Shown: positions 46,537 to 55,768 of the stretch, piece after piece | Position numbering within the stretch: the stretch's first letter is position 1 | Layout: each line of letters starts with the position of its first letter | NCBI GenBank assembly: GCA_037142615.1 | Contig: JBAXAI010000018.1 | Location: forward strand, 1 to 64,000 | DNA: 64,000 nt | Reading direction: 5' to 3' | From: Spirochaetales bacterium | GTDB taxonomy: Bacteria > Spirochaetota > Spirochaetia > JABEVK01 | Notes under the pieces: generated by a model | Databases searched by the model: none | What the model was told of the DNA's origin: nothing | The model's input: the letters and a program-made list of their open reading frames with translations, nothing else | Translations under genes and position numbers: made by a program

Positions 46537-47395
46537 GTTTCCACGGAACCAAGGTATTGGCCCGGCCGATACTCGACTTGCCCGAGGCCACGATCATCCA
46601 GGTATCTGCCGTCCCTCTGCACCAGGTTCGTGTCGCGGTGGTGCCCTGAGGGCTTCGCTCCTGCCCTTCGCCCAAGGGGACCCCGGCCGCTGTTGCCAGT
46701 TTACGGGCCTCACCGGCGCGAAGCGCCCACGCAAAGGCATCGAGAGGCGCCTCCCCCGGCCCGGTGCGAAGCGTCAGCAACCCCGTTACCGCAGAAAGTC
46801 CCTTGCCAGCCGGTTGAAAAAATACTTTCCCGGCGGCAGAAGTCCCCGGCTTGTAAAGGACGACCAGTAAAGCTCCCTTGGCTACCTCGGTGTCAGGAAA
46901 GACGAAATCCTGATGGGTCCCTGGCCCCCGGTAGTCGAGCGTCAGGCCCCCCAGGTTGCCGGCCTGGGTCACCAGCACCTCGACGGCATCGGGCTTGTCA
47001 CCGGTGCCGGCAAACCTGACCTCGTTGAGGCGCACCCCGGCCGGATGTTCGTTGGGACCCAGCAACTTACCTTGCAAACTGGTCGGATTGCCGGCCTTGT
47101 CGCCAACGGAGACCGACCAGTGGTACTCCTTTCCTGGTCGCAGGCCCGAGGGAAGCCCGAGTAACAGGCGGGTCTCTTCGAGCTTCACAGGTACCTGCGG
47201 GGCAAAGTCGCCGTCTGCCGTGGCCTTTCCCAGCGGCTCATCCCATTCCAGAACCAGGGACCATCCAGTGCCCCCGGGTGTGGTGGGTGCGAGGTGATGC
47301 CGCTGAAGCTTGGGGCCTTGAGTGTCACGAGGTTCGCCTCCGACGCAGGCTGCCAGCGTGACCGCCAGGGCAAGAGCAGGTATGAAGTTGCGCAT
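46175..47395 (-). CDS. Lipoprotein with Ig-like and lamin-tail-like domains
   Basis: TLAAC lipobox, SD AAGGAG, VRLNEV...DAVEV; the last ~120 aa look like read-through. Confidence 0.6.
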   Translation of the reverse strand: MRNFIPALALAVTLAACVGGEPRDTQGPKLQRHHLAPTTPGGTGWSLVLEWDEPLGKATADGDFAPQVPVKLEETRLLLGLPSGLRPGKEYHWSVSVGDKAGNPTSLQGKLLGPNEHPAGVRLNEVRFAGTGDKPDAVEVLVTQAGNLGGLTLDYRGPGTHQDFVFPDTEVAKGALLVVLYKPGTSAAGKVFFQPAGKGLSAVTGLLTLRTGPGEAPLDAFAWALRAGEARKLATAAGVPLGEGQERSPQGTTATRTWCRGTADTWMIVASGKSSIGRANTLVPWKPKPSSRKPVRSSNSAKSSRSRRSSSPICPVARSRRGLRPNPPPAGAPSLPRPSTLRPGEQGQEVVFPQTAREKDPLGNPPRLRCEPETLDAGFPQAASGEAAGRQTRRDRRRKPSRPAGW

Positions 47396-47484
47396 TGGAT
47401 TCTCCTTGATGCCACAGACGGGGCAGAAGAGGGGTTTGCTTGCGCCAACCTTGAAAAATCGTCTCAAAACGCCGATAGAAGGGT

Positions 47485-48609
47485 ATGAAATGCCACTTGC
47501 TCTTTCGGACTTTCGCCGCTGCTTTGTTTCTTTGGGGATCGCTGACCCTGCCAGGACAGGAAATCAAAGCAGGCGACGTGAGGGTAGAGGCCCGCGAGGA
47601 TGGCTACCATGTGTTTGTCCGGGCAGCCGGCCTGGCCAGCGCGCTTCTGACCGAGGCGTTTGAACTGCCCAACCACAGTCTGGCGACCTACGCCCTGCGA
47701 TCGCAGGCCCCGACGGCCGTGGCAAAGGACGAGAAGCGCCTGCTCAACGGCAAGTTCCTTACCCAGCCGCACAACTCGCTGATCAGTTCGACGCCGGTGT
47801 CGGACCCGGTACTCGGAACCGCCTTTCACCTGTTGATTCCGCCCGTGGTGGAGTACGGCAACAAGGCCAACCCGAACACCCGGTGGGGCCAGGTCGATGT
47901 CCGTGCTCAGTTGTCGGCCAACGGCACCGGCTTTTGGTTCTCGATCCGCGGGTTTTCGAAGCCGTTTGCCGACTACACGGGAACCTACCGCGACAATGCC
48001 TTCGAGCTGAAAACCTTGCAGGTGCAGAGGTCTGTCCCCACCGGCGAGAAGTATGAGAAGGGCTTGGTCGAAGGTTTTTCCCGCTTGGGCGACTCGTACC
48101 AAGCCAGCGACATCAAGGATGCCCTAGATCGCATCAACCGGGCCGTGGACCGAAGCGGCGACAGCCTGGATATGGTCCTGGCGATCGATACCACCAAGAG
48201 CATGCTCGAAAATCTCAAGGCCGTGAAGGCAAACCTCCTCGGTCCGATCCGCGAGGAAGTCAAACGCTTCAAGACCTTCCGAATTGGTCTGGTCTTCTAC
48301 TGCGACTACATGGAAAACTACCTGACGCGCGTCGTCAGCTTTCAAAGCGATCTCGACGCGGTGCAGAGGGAACTCGACAAGGCCAAGGCGGAAGGAGGCG
48401 GTGACATCCCCGAGGCCGTCGTCGAAGCGCTCTACGCCGGCCTGACTCAATTTGACTGGAAGGCCGAAAACCGGGTCATTCTGCTTTTGGGTGACGCACC
48501 CCAGCATCCGACTCCGCGCGGGTCGGTCACTGAAGCTCAAATGCACAAGGTCGCCGACGACAAGAAGGTCGAGCTTCAGCTCATCCTCCTGCCCCAAACG
48601 CTCTATTGA
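47485..48609 (+). CDS. Exported vWA-domain protein
   Basis: MIDAS-like DTTKSM, GGGDIPEAV, LLGDAPQH. Confidence 0.85.
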   Translation: MKCHLLFRTFAAALFLWGSLTLPGQEIKAGDVRVEAREDGYHVFVRAAGLASALLTEAFELPNHSLATYALRSQAPTAVAKDEKRLLNGKFLTQPHNSLISSTPVSDPVLGTAFHLLIPPVVEYGNKANPNTRWGQVDVRAQLSANGTGFWFSIRGFSKPFADYTGTYRDNAFELKTLQVQRSVPTGEKYEKGLVEGFSRLGDSYQASDIKDALDRINRAVDRSGDSLDMVLAIDTTKSMLENLKAVKANLLGPIREEVKRFKTFRIGLVFYCDYMENYLTRVVSFQSDLDAVQRELDKAKAEGGGDIPEAVVEALYAGLTQFDWKAENRVILLLGDAPQHPTPRGSVTEAQMHKVADDKKVELQLILLPQTLY

Positions 48610-48618
48610 ACGTGCGAG

Positions 48619-49011
48619 TCAGGGCTGCGGGGCGCCCTTGAGCTCGTCAAGCTTCTTTTGCGAGAGGACTTTGACCCAGGCCGGGTACTGTGCCGACTTG
48701 GCGACATCTTGAAAGTCGGCAAGAATTGCCTCGTAGTCCTTCGTGGCGGCCTCGCGTTCGCCTTGCTTGGCCTTCAGCAGCGCTATTTCGAACCGTGCGC
48801 TCAGAACTTCTTCGGTAGCATCCGCTGGAGCTGCCGACAAGAACTCCTCAAAGATGGCCTGCGCCTGCGGAAGGTGCCCCAGATCGGTCTCGGACTGAGC
48901 CTTTTGAAAGTAGATTTCCGGGGCTGAACCTTCGGGAATGTCATGGTTGACAGTCTGACACGAAACCAACACTGTGGACAGGAACAAGACCGCAAGCGGG
49001 GTGAACTTCAT
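48619..49011 (-). CDS. Small TPR-like lipoprotein
   Basis: LVSC lipobox; YFQKAQ, ARFEIALL, YPAW helical repeats. Confidence 0.7.
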   Translation of the reverse strand: MKFTPLAVLFLSTVLVSCQTVNHDIPEGSAPEIYFQKAQSETDLGHLPQAQAIFEEFLSAAPADATEEVLSARFEIALLKAKQGEREAATKDYEAILADFQDVAKSAQYPAWVKVLSQKKLDELKGAPQP

Positions 49012-49068
49012 AGGCCGGAGTCTATCATACCCCCCCGGTGAAGGGTCAATCGTTCCAAGGAGACCCCC

Positions 49069-49785
49069 GTGCTCGCTGTCCTTATCAACGTCGCAACCGT
49101 GCTCGTCGGCTCGGCTGCAGGCCTCCTCCTCGGCCGAAAACCCTCGGAACGACTCAGGTCCCTGGTGTTTACCGGCGCCGGCCTCGTTACCCTGCTCATT
49201 GGTCTTCAAATGGCTTGGAAAGACGAGCGGATTTTGTACCTGGTGCTGTCCATGATTCTTGGTGGTCTGATTGGAACCGCGCTCGACCTCGAGGGCAAAA
49301 TACTCCGCTTCGGTGACCGGCTCCAAAAGCTCCTGCCAGTTCAGGCTGGAGGGCAGGACTTTGCTCAGGGGTTCCTGACCGCCAGCGTGCTGTTCTGCGT
49401 GGGAGCCATGAGCATCCTCGGATCCTTTCAGGCCGGGGCCGAGGGCAAGATGGACATCATCCTCGTCAAATCGGTGATGGACGGTTTTATGGCCTTTTTG
49501 CTGACGGCGGCCTTAGGAATCGGCGTTGGGTTTTCGGCGCTCAGCATCTTGCTGTACCAAGGAACGCTGACCCTGCTGGCTGTCTGGGTCAAGCCGTGGG
49601 TCGACCTTCATCCACTGGTCCTCGCGGAAGTCTCGGGCGTGGGCGGCCTGATGGTCGTCATGATTTCTTTCAATCTTCTTGAGCTCAAGAAGATCCCCAC
49701 GGGAAACTTCTTTCCCAGCCTGATTCTGGCGGTGCTGTTCGTGCTGGCCGACCCGTGGATTGCGCCCTTGGTCGGCTGGCATTGA
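49069..49785 (+). CDS. DUF554 family membrane protein
   Basis: GFLTASVLFCVGAMSILGS, KSVMDG, LGIGV.FS, YQG. Confidence 0.88.
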   Translation: MLAVLINVATVLVGSAAGLLLGRKPSERLRSLVFTGAGLVTLLIGLQMAWKDERILYLVLSMILGGLIGTALDLEGKILRFGDRLQKLLPVQAGGQDFAQGFLTASVLFCVGAMSILGSFQAGAEGKMDIILVKSVMDGFMAFLLTAALGIGVGFSALSILLYQGTLTLLAVWVKPWVDLHPLVLAEVSGVGGLMVVMISFNLLELKKIPTGNFFPSLILAVLFVLADPWIAPLVGWH

Positions 49786-49806
49786 ACCCTAACTCGCTGA
49801 CCCGGA

Positions 49807-51345
49807 TTACTGCGGCGGAATGATGAGCTGCCAGCCGGGATAGATAAGGTCCGGATTCTGGACGAGCTTCTGGTTCCGCTTCCAGATTTTGGGCCATTCC
49901 CACGGACTCCCAAAGATGGAGTCATATTCGGAAATGCGCCACAGACTGTCGCGCCGATCGGGAATCAGCCGCACCGTGTACACCTTTTCAACGGCAAGCG
50001 CCAGGTAGGCGTCAATCAGCTTCTGCGCCTGAAGGAACTCCTGGTTGGCAAGGGGGTAGTCCTCATCGTCCATGGCTTCGACGCCACGGCGCCAGGCCTC
50101 TTTGGCGTCGTCGAGGTAGGTCACGCGTTGCTTGTCGCCCAAAACCACCACGCCCTCTTGAGGAATCTTGGCCACGGGTTGCCCGGAAACGGCCGATTGC
50201 GGCTTTTTGATCGCCTTGAGCTGTTCCGTGCCGTTCCAAGGTTGCGGGCCAATGATGTTGTCCTGGGGATCCACGATGGTGGCTCCCGAAGCCTTTTCGA
50301 GCTTGCGCATCGTGTCGAGCATCAGTTGTTCGGTCTGTTTGCGAGCCAGTTCGCGGATGGCCTTGGCTGTTGCCGCCTGCGCCTGGAACAGGGCTGCGGT
50401 CCAAGTCTCTTCGGCTTTGTCGAGCTGGAACTTCTTGAACTGCGAAGTGCCGGCGAAGTAGGTGTCGTTGGCCTCCTGCAACTGGTCAGGGACCCACACA
50501 AACGCGTCGGCCTTGTCGGCCTCGTCGAGTGCCCCGAGGACCGACTTCTGCAACCGTTGGACCGTGCCTAGTCGCTCGGTCAGCTCCTTGAGCAGCGTTG
50601 TCATCGCCTCGATCACGGCTTGGGCCTTGGGCAGACCCGTCGCATAGTCCTCCTGAAGGCTTGCTTCCGCTTCGGCACGCTGGTCTTCCAGGGTCTTGGT
50701 GTCGTCAGCTCGCCATTTGTCGGCCTTCAGGGCCTTGAGCAATTCCGAGGCCTTTGCCAGCTTGTCGAGGGTGTTTTGAAGTCTGAGGGCGAGGGAGGCG
50801 TCGCGGGCCTGTACCGCCTTTTCAGCGGCCGACTTGAGCAGTTCGCGGGCGCCGTCGGGGTCACTGGTGGCTTTGGCCTTGGCGTTGTCGAGGTCTTGGC
50901 GCGCGGCGTTGATCAGGTCGGGGCTGTAGCGGTCGGCTTCTGCCGCCTCCGCGTCGGCGATCGCCTGCTGGGCTTCGTCGAACTCCGAGGCTTCCAACGG
51001 CGGTGGCGGGGGGGGAAGATCGGGCACGACCACCGGCTCGGGGGCCGGCTCCACGACAGGTTCCGGAACGGGCGTTGGCTCGGGGGTCGGTTCCACTACG
51101 GGTTCTGGGACGGGTTCGGGCGTCGGCTCGGGAGCTGGTTCGACGACAGGAACGGGCGTGGGCACGGGAACCACTTCGGGAGTTACGACCGGCACGACTT
51201 CGGGGGTCACGACCGGTGCCGGCTCGGGGGTTACCGCAGGTTCAACCGGTTTGGCGGGTGCTGAGGCGCAACTGACGACCAGGGCAAGTGCCACAGCAGA
51301 GAGCACCAGCACGGCCCAGCGGGCAAGCGATCGAACGAACAGCAT
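49807..51345 (-). CDS. LysM lipoprotein (BB0323/LipL71-like) with Pro/Glu/Val-rich linker and helical core
   Basis: LVVSC lipobox; C-terminal YTV...DSLWRIS...WPKIWKRN...NPDLIYPGWQLIIP. Confidence 0.85.
   Translation of the reverse strand: MLFVRSLARWAVLVLSAVALALVVSCASAPAKPVEPAVTPEPAPVVTPEVVPVVTPEVVPVPTPVPVVEPAPEPTPEPVPEPVVEPTPEPTPVPEPVVEPAPEPVVVPDLPPPPPPLEASEFDEAQQAIADAEAAEADRYSPDLINAARQDLDNAKAKATSDPDGARELLKSAAEKAVQARDASLALRLQNTLDKLAKASELLKALKADKWRADDTKTLEDQRAEAEASLQEDYATGLPKAQAVIEAMTTLLKELTERLGTVQRLQKSVLGALDEADKADAFVWVPDQLQEANDTYFAGTSQFKKFQLDKAEETWTAALFQAQAATAKAIRELARKQTEQLMLDTMRKLEKASGATIVDPQDNIIGPQPWNGTEQLKAIKKPQSAVSGQPVAKIPQEGVVVLGDKQRVTYLDDAKEAWRRGVEAMDDEDYPLANQEFLQAQKLIDAYLALAVEKVYTVRLIPDRRDSLWRISEYDSIFGSPWEWPKIWKRNQKLVQNPDLIYPGWQLIIPPQ
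51000..51250 (-). repeat. Low-complexity coding repeats (VTPEVVPV / EPTPEP / poly-Pro)
   Basis: Imperfect 24-nt and 12-nt tandem units within the LysM gene. Confidence 0.8.
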
Positions 51346-51441
51346 CAGGCAAACCTCCCCAAGATGAGACGACGTTACCAATGTACCGGAGTGGCGCGAA
51401 AAAATCTAGAAATATCGGGGCCCCACGGCTATGATGGGCTC

Positions 51442-52560
51442 ATGAACCGTCTTCTTCCCGCGTGGGGTCTCTTTGCCGTGTTGTTGCTTGTTGCTCCGAA
51501 TCTGGTGGCGGCCTCTATTGGGCGTGTCACGCTGGTCGAAGGCGACGCGTCCCTGACGCGCAACGGCAAGCCTCTCGAGGCCGCCCGCCTTGCCGAAGGG
51601 CTTGAGCTTGAAACCGACGATTCTTTGACAACGGGCCCCAACGGCAAGGTCGAGCTCATCCTCGACAAGGCCGGCGGCGTTCCTGCCTCGCTCAGTTTGG
51701 GCGCCTCGACCTCGCTTTCGCTGGACATTACCGCGCTCAAACGCGAACAGGCGGCGGCGATCGAGTTTATCGGCGGCTCCTTGGCCGTCAAGCTGACGTC
51801 CGTCTCGGGGAGCTCCAGCTTGGAAGTTCGCACCGGAATTGCTCTGCTCTCGACTCGCTCGGCGACGTTCCGGCTGATGACGGCTTTGGGCGGAGAATTG
51901 GCGGTTTCGACGTCGGCCGGCAGGGTTCAGTGCCTGGTGGGCGAGCTTTCCTACCAATCGGAGCCGGGGGCAGTTGTGGTGATTACACCCGATCCACTCG
52001 AAGGTCACAGTCTGCCAGCCAACGCATCGACCTTGGATTCCTGGAACCAGACTTGGAAGGCCGGTATCGACGCCGATATCCGTAATCGTGCGCTTCAGAC
52101 CCTTCAAGCTTCCACTTCGCACTATCTCCAGACCGCCGGTCAGCTTCAGCGCACTTGGGACCGCTGGCTCCGCGAGGGGTCCACGGTTGCGGCCCTCTGG
52201 GCGAAGCAAGACGAAACGGGCGCCGTCAGCTCGGCCGAGCAGCTTGTTCTGGAAAAGAAAACCGTGGGAGGTTTGGCGGTGGCCCTTCGGCGCCAGGCGC
52301 TCGCTTTGGAACGCGACAGCTTCCGCCTGGTGGCCTTGCGTTCGCGGCTCCTTCCGGCCCTGCTGTCGGAATCGCAGGAAGTCGCAGAAGGCTACACCCT
52401 CAAGGACTTTTACCGCCAGTTTGATCGCGACCAGGCTTCGGCCTCGCGCTTGGCGACCGCACGCTGGTTGCACAAAGCCTATCTTCGCCGCAACTTCGGG
52501 GATTTTCCTTCGCCACGGGCCCTTCCCGAGGTCACCCGCGAGTCGCCCTTTTTCAATTAG
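51442..52560 (+). CDS. FecR-like beta-domain exported protein
   Basis: GRVTLVEGD, D.LTTGPNGKVEL, EVRT...R.ATF, GRV. Confidence 0.7.
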   Translation: MNRLLPAWGLFAVLLLVAPNLVAASIGRVTLVEGDASLTRNGKPLEAARLAEGLELETDDSLTTGPNGKVELILDKAGGVPASLSLGASTSLSLDITALKREQAAAIEFIGGSLAVKLTSVSGSSSLEVRTGIALLSTRSATFRLMTALGGELAVSTSAGRVQCLVGELSYQSEPGAVVVITPDPLEGHSLPANASTLDSWNQTWKAGIDADIRNRALQTLQASTSHYLQTAGQLQRTWDRWLREGSTVAALWAKQDETGAVSSAEQLVLEKKTVGGLAVALRRQALALERDSFRLVALRSRLLPALLSESQEVAEGYTLKDFYRQFDRDQASASRLATARWLHKAYLRRNFGDFPSPRALPEVTRESPFFN

Positions 52561-53254
52561 GTGGTTGGAGCAACCGGGAGCGGCCCTTGGCTCCCACATC
52601 GACTAAAAGGCCCAGCTTCTTGTAGCACGACGTCAGACTTTGAACCTCGGCAGGGCGCAACTTCAGCATTATTGCCAGTTCGCTGTTGGTGGAGGGGCCC
52701 GACCAAGCCGGTGGAAGCAGGGCCGACCAGTCCCTTGCGCCGTGGAACTCGCGTAGCCCGAAGATGGTCGCCAGTTCACGGTCAACCTTTGACACGCCCT
52801 TTCTGCGCCAGCTGCCCTGGCCGTCGTCGGCTCGGTGTTCCCTTTCCTCGATGAGGCAGAACACCAGGGTGAAGCCGGGATGAAGCAGAAACTCCCACAG
52901 TGAGCCGATCTCGCGGAACAAGGCCTCGATCCTCTCTTTTTTGGGTGACGGGCGTTCGCGCAGCACTTGCGAACGGTCCGCGGTCCAAGTCACGATGGTC
53001 TTTCGCACGGCTACCGGATGGATCACCGTCACCACCGAATGCTGGAGGAAACTGCGGAGTTTGGGCCGGAGCTTGGCTAGGCTCCCGGTCTGGATCTCGA
53101 TGATTCCCTGCGACGGAGACACAATGTCGGCCACCCAGGAATCCACCGGAACCTCCACCTCGCCGTCGCTGGGTAAGAAGTGGGCCTTCAGTTGCCGGTG
53201 GAGCGTGCGCTCGCGCAATTCCCCGACCCGAAAATCGCTCATCGGTTGTTGCAT
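52553..53254 (-). CDS. Uncharacterised PD-(D/E)xK-like nuclease with C-terminal wHTH
   Basis: E..LH.QLK, EV.V..WVADI...IIEIQT. Confidence 0.65.
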   Translation of the reverse strand: MQQPMSDFRVGELRERTLHRQLKAHFLPSDGEVEVPVDSWVADIVSPSQGIIEIQTGSLAKLRPKLRSFLQHSVVTVIHPVAVRKTIVTWTADRSQVLRERPSPKKERIEALFREIGSLWEFLLHPGFTLVFCLIEEREHRADDGQGSWRRKGVSKVDRELATIFGLREFHGARDWSALLPPAWSGPSTNSELAIMLKLRPAEVQSLTSCYKKLGLLVDVGAKGRSRLLQPPN

Positions 53255-53270
53255 TTCCTTTCATGGGAAT

Positions 53271-53298
53271 AAAAAAGGCCGTCCCCAAGGACGGCCTT
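53271..53298 (-). terminator. Intrinsic terminator of the sugar ABC ATPase gene
   Basis: Minus strand aaggccgtcc-ttgg-ggacggcc followed by a T-tract. Confidence 0.85.
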
Positions 53299-53319
53299 CC
53301 ATCGAACCTCTTTCCCCGA

Positions 53320-54441
53320 TTACAGGGTACGCGAGGCTTCTTCGTTGAACAGGATCGACTTTTCAGTTTCACCGTCGAAGAAACACACCTTGTTCATGTC
53401 GGGCACAAAGTGCACTTCGTCGCCGACATGGAACGCATGGTTGGGTTCGACGCTGGCGATCAGTTGGTGGTTGGCGGTTCCCACGTACAGGTGGATTTCG
53501 GCGCCGAGGGGCTCAACGACTTCCACGGTGGCGGTCATGTTGTTCTTGGAACCGGCGTTCACCTGAAGGTTGAGGTCTTCGGGGCGTACGCCAAACAAGA
53601 CAGTTTTGCCGACATAGGCCTTGAGGGCCTCACCCTGAACGCCTTCGACTGGCAACACGAACGAACCTTCGTTGATCATGATTTTGCCGGCTTGTTCTTC
53701 AACCTTGACCGACAGGATGTTCATGGGGGGCGAACCGATGAAACTCGCCACGAAGCGGTTGATCGGGTGGTTGTACAGCCCGAGCGGGGTACCAATCTGC
53801 TGGATCAGGCCGTCTTTGAGCACGACAATCTTGTCGGCCATTGTCATGGCTTCGACCTGGTCGTGGGTCACATAGATCATCGTCGACTGCAGACGGGTGT
53901 GGAGGGCCGAAATCTCGGCGCGCATCTGAACACGAAGCTTGGCGTCGAGGTTCGACAGGGGTTCGTCAAACAGGAACACCTTGGGCTTGCGCACAATGGC
54001 GCGACCAACGGCCACGCGCTGGCGCTGACCACCAGAAAGGGCCTTGGGCTTGCGTTCGAGCAGGGCCTCGATGTCGAGGATGGCTGCGGCTTCTTTGACG
54101 CGGTTCTGGATTTCAGCCTGGGGGTACTTGCGGATGCGAAGACCGAAGGCCATGTTTTCGAAGACGCTCATGTGGGGATACAAAGCGTAGTTTTGGAACA
54201 CCATCGCAATGTCGCGGTCTTTCGGCGCGATGTCGTTGCACAGCTTTCCGTCGATGAGCAGTTCGCCACCAGAAATATCTTCGAGCCCGGCGATCATGCG
54301 CAGGGTGGTCGACTTGCCGCAGCCCGAGGGCCCGACAAACACACAGAACTCTTTGTCGTTGATGTGAATATTCACATTATCGACCGCTTTGACATCACCT
54401 TCGTACATCTTGGTGATATTCTTCAGAATAACCTCAGCCAT
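53320..54441 (-). CDS. Sugar ABC transporter ATP-binding protein (MsmX/MalK/UgpC)
   Basis: GPSGCGKSTTLRMIAGLE, VFQNYALYPHM, LSGGQRQRVA, DEPLSNLDAKLR, FIGSPPMN. Confidence 0.93.
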   Translation of the reverse strand: MAEVILKNITKMYEGDVKAVDNVNIHINDKEFCVFVGPSGCGKSTTLRMIAGLEDISGGELLIDGKLCNDIAPKDRDIAMVFQNYALYPHMSVFENMAFGLRIRKYPQAEIQNRVKEAAAILDIEALLERKPKALSGGQRQRVAVGRAIVRKPKVFLFDEPLSNLDAKLRVQMRAEISALHTRLQSTMIYVTHDQVEAMTMADKIVVLKDGLIQQIGTPLGLYNHPINRFVASFIGSPPMNILSVKVEEQAGKIMINEGSFVLPVEGVQGEALKAYVGKTVLFGVRPEDLNLQVNAGSKNNMTATVEVVEPLGAEIHLYVGTANHQLIASVEPNHAFHVGDEVHFVPDMNKVCFFDGETEKSILFNEEASRTL

Positions 54442-54508
54442 ACAAACCTCCGTTAGGACTATATTATCCCCCGAGTATGGGACCACTTAAATTGCCTGTC
54501 AAGGCAAT

Positions 54509-55765
54509 TCAACGGGTGGTTTGGGTGCTGGCGGCGGGTTTGCCGAAGTTGGTGAGTTGGTCCTGCAAGGCAGAAACCTTGTCCGGCGTGGGATCGGTCC
54601 CCAACCAAGGAACGACGACCTTGTCGCGCAAGGTGGCCCAGTTGGTCGGCAGGGGCTTCCAGAACTTCAGCTGTGCGGCAACCGGAATCCGGTGGTCGAC
54701 TTCGGGGTAGTAGCCCGGCAGGTCGGAGGTGTTGGTTGCTATCACGGCCGACAGGCCACCGAGGAGGCCAAAGGGCCGGAACTCGCTGGACCGGGACCAA
54801 GCGATCAGACTTTTCTGACTCGACGGCTTCACCAAGTCGGCCAGGAACTCGCGGGCTGCACCCGGCGAGGCAGAATTGGCCCGAATACCACCCCACAAAA
54901 CGTTGTCGGTCACCGCGACTTGGCCGTCCAGTTCCAGGTAGCGGAAGTCGAGCCCGCGCCTTTCGTCCAACGGCAAGGTGACGAACTCAGAGAGCGTTGC
55001 CGGGTAGAAGAGGACACGACCCTGTGTGAGAAGAGGCCAAGGGCTGGTGGACAGGTACTTGGTCGTGAACTCCTTCTGGGTTTTCCAGCCGCGTCCTTCG
55101 ACCGCCGTCCACTCCGACAGGGTCTTGAGGCCGGCCTCCAAGCCGGGAAGATTCCAGACGAGTTTGCCTTGGAAGTCGGCCGAAAAGTCGGCACCGGTCA
55201 AATGGAGGTAGGTGAGGGGAAAGTCGGCCCACAGCGGAGAAAAGCTTTGCGTGAGGCTGCTGTTCTTCCCTTCGGCCTGAAACGCTGCCGAGAGTTCGCG
55301 CACCTTGGAAGGCGTCAGGGTGAGCGGGTCGAGTTCGGGAAGCCTCTGGCTTGAGTAGACAAGCACCGGTAAATCGAAGCTCAGCGGAACCAGCCTAAGC
55401 TCGCCTCTGACCGAGCCTTGCTCGATCAGGTCGCGGTAGAAGGAGGCCCGCGAAATCTCTCCCCGCTCAAAGAGAAAGTCGAGGGAGGCCGAGGCTTCGA
55501 GTGTCGTCGCCTGATCGATCGACCGGCCCACCACCAGGTCGGCAATGACTCCCGGCACGCTGAGGGCTTCGGTCAAGTTGGCGTGGTATTCCAGAAGAAT
55601 CTGCCACGACGACTGCTCGGCATTGAAGCGCTCCACAGCCCCCGAAATCTCGGGAGCGTCGGTCCACAGCACGGAGGTTCTCCGGTCCGGCTGGCTGCAC
55701 GAGGTGGCAAGGCATAGGGCACCCAGGAGCAGCGCCAATCCGACCGGCCACGCCCGTGAACTCAT
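54509..55765 (-). CDS. Extracellular solute-binding-like lipoprotein
   Basis: LATSC lipobox; LVPLSFDLPVLVY; adjacent to the sugar ABC ATPase. Confidence 0.6.
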   Translation of the reverse strand: MSSRAWPVGLALLLGALCLATSCSQPDRRTSVLWTDAPEISGAVERFNAEQSSWQILLEYHANLTEALSVPGVIADLVVGRSIDQATTLEASASLDFLFERGEISRASFYRDLIEQGSVRGELRLVPLSFDLPVLVYSSQRLPELDPLTLTPSKVRELSAAFQAEGKNSSLTQSFSPLWADFPLTYLHLTGADFSADFQGKLVWNLPGLEAGLKTLSEWTAVEGRGWKTQKEFTTKYLSTSPWPLLTQGRVLFYPATLSEFVTLPLDERRGLDFRYLELDGQVAVTDNVLWGGIRANSASPGAAREFLADLVKPSSQKSLIAWSRSSEFRPFGLLGGLSAVIATNTSDLPGYYPEVDHRIPVAAQLKFWKPLPTNWATLRDKVVVPWLGTDPTPDKVSALQDQLTNFGKPAASTQTTR

Positions 55766-55768
55766 CGG

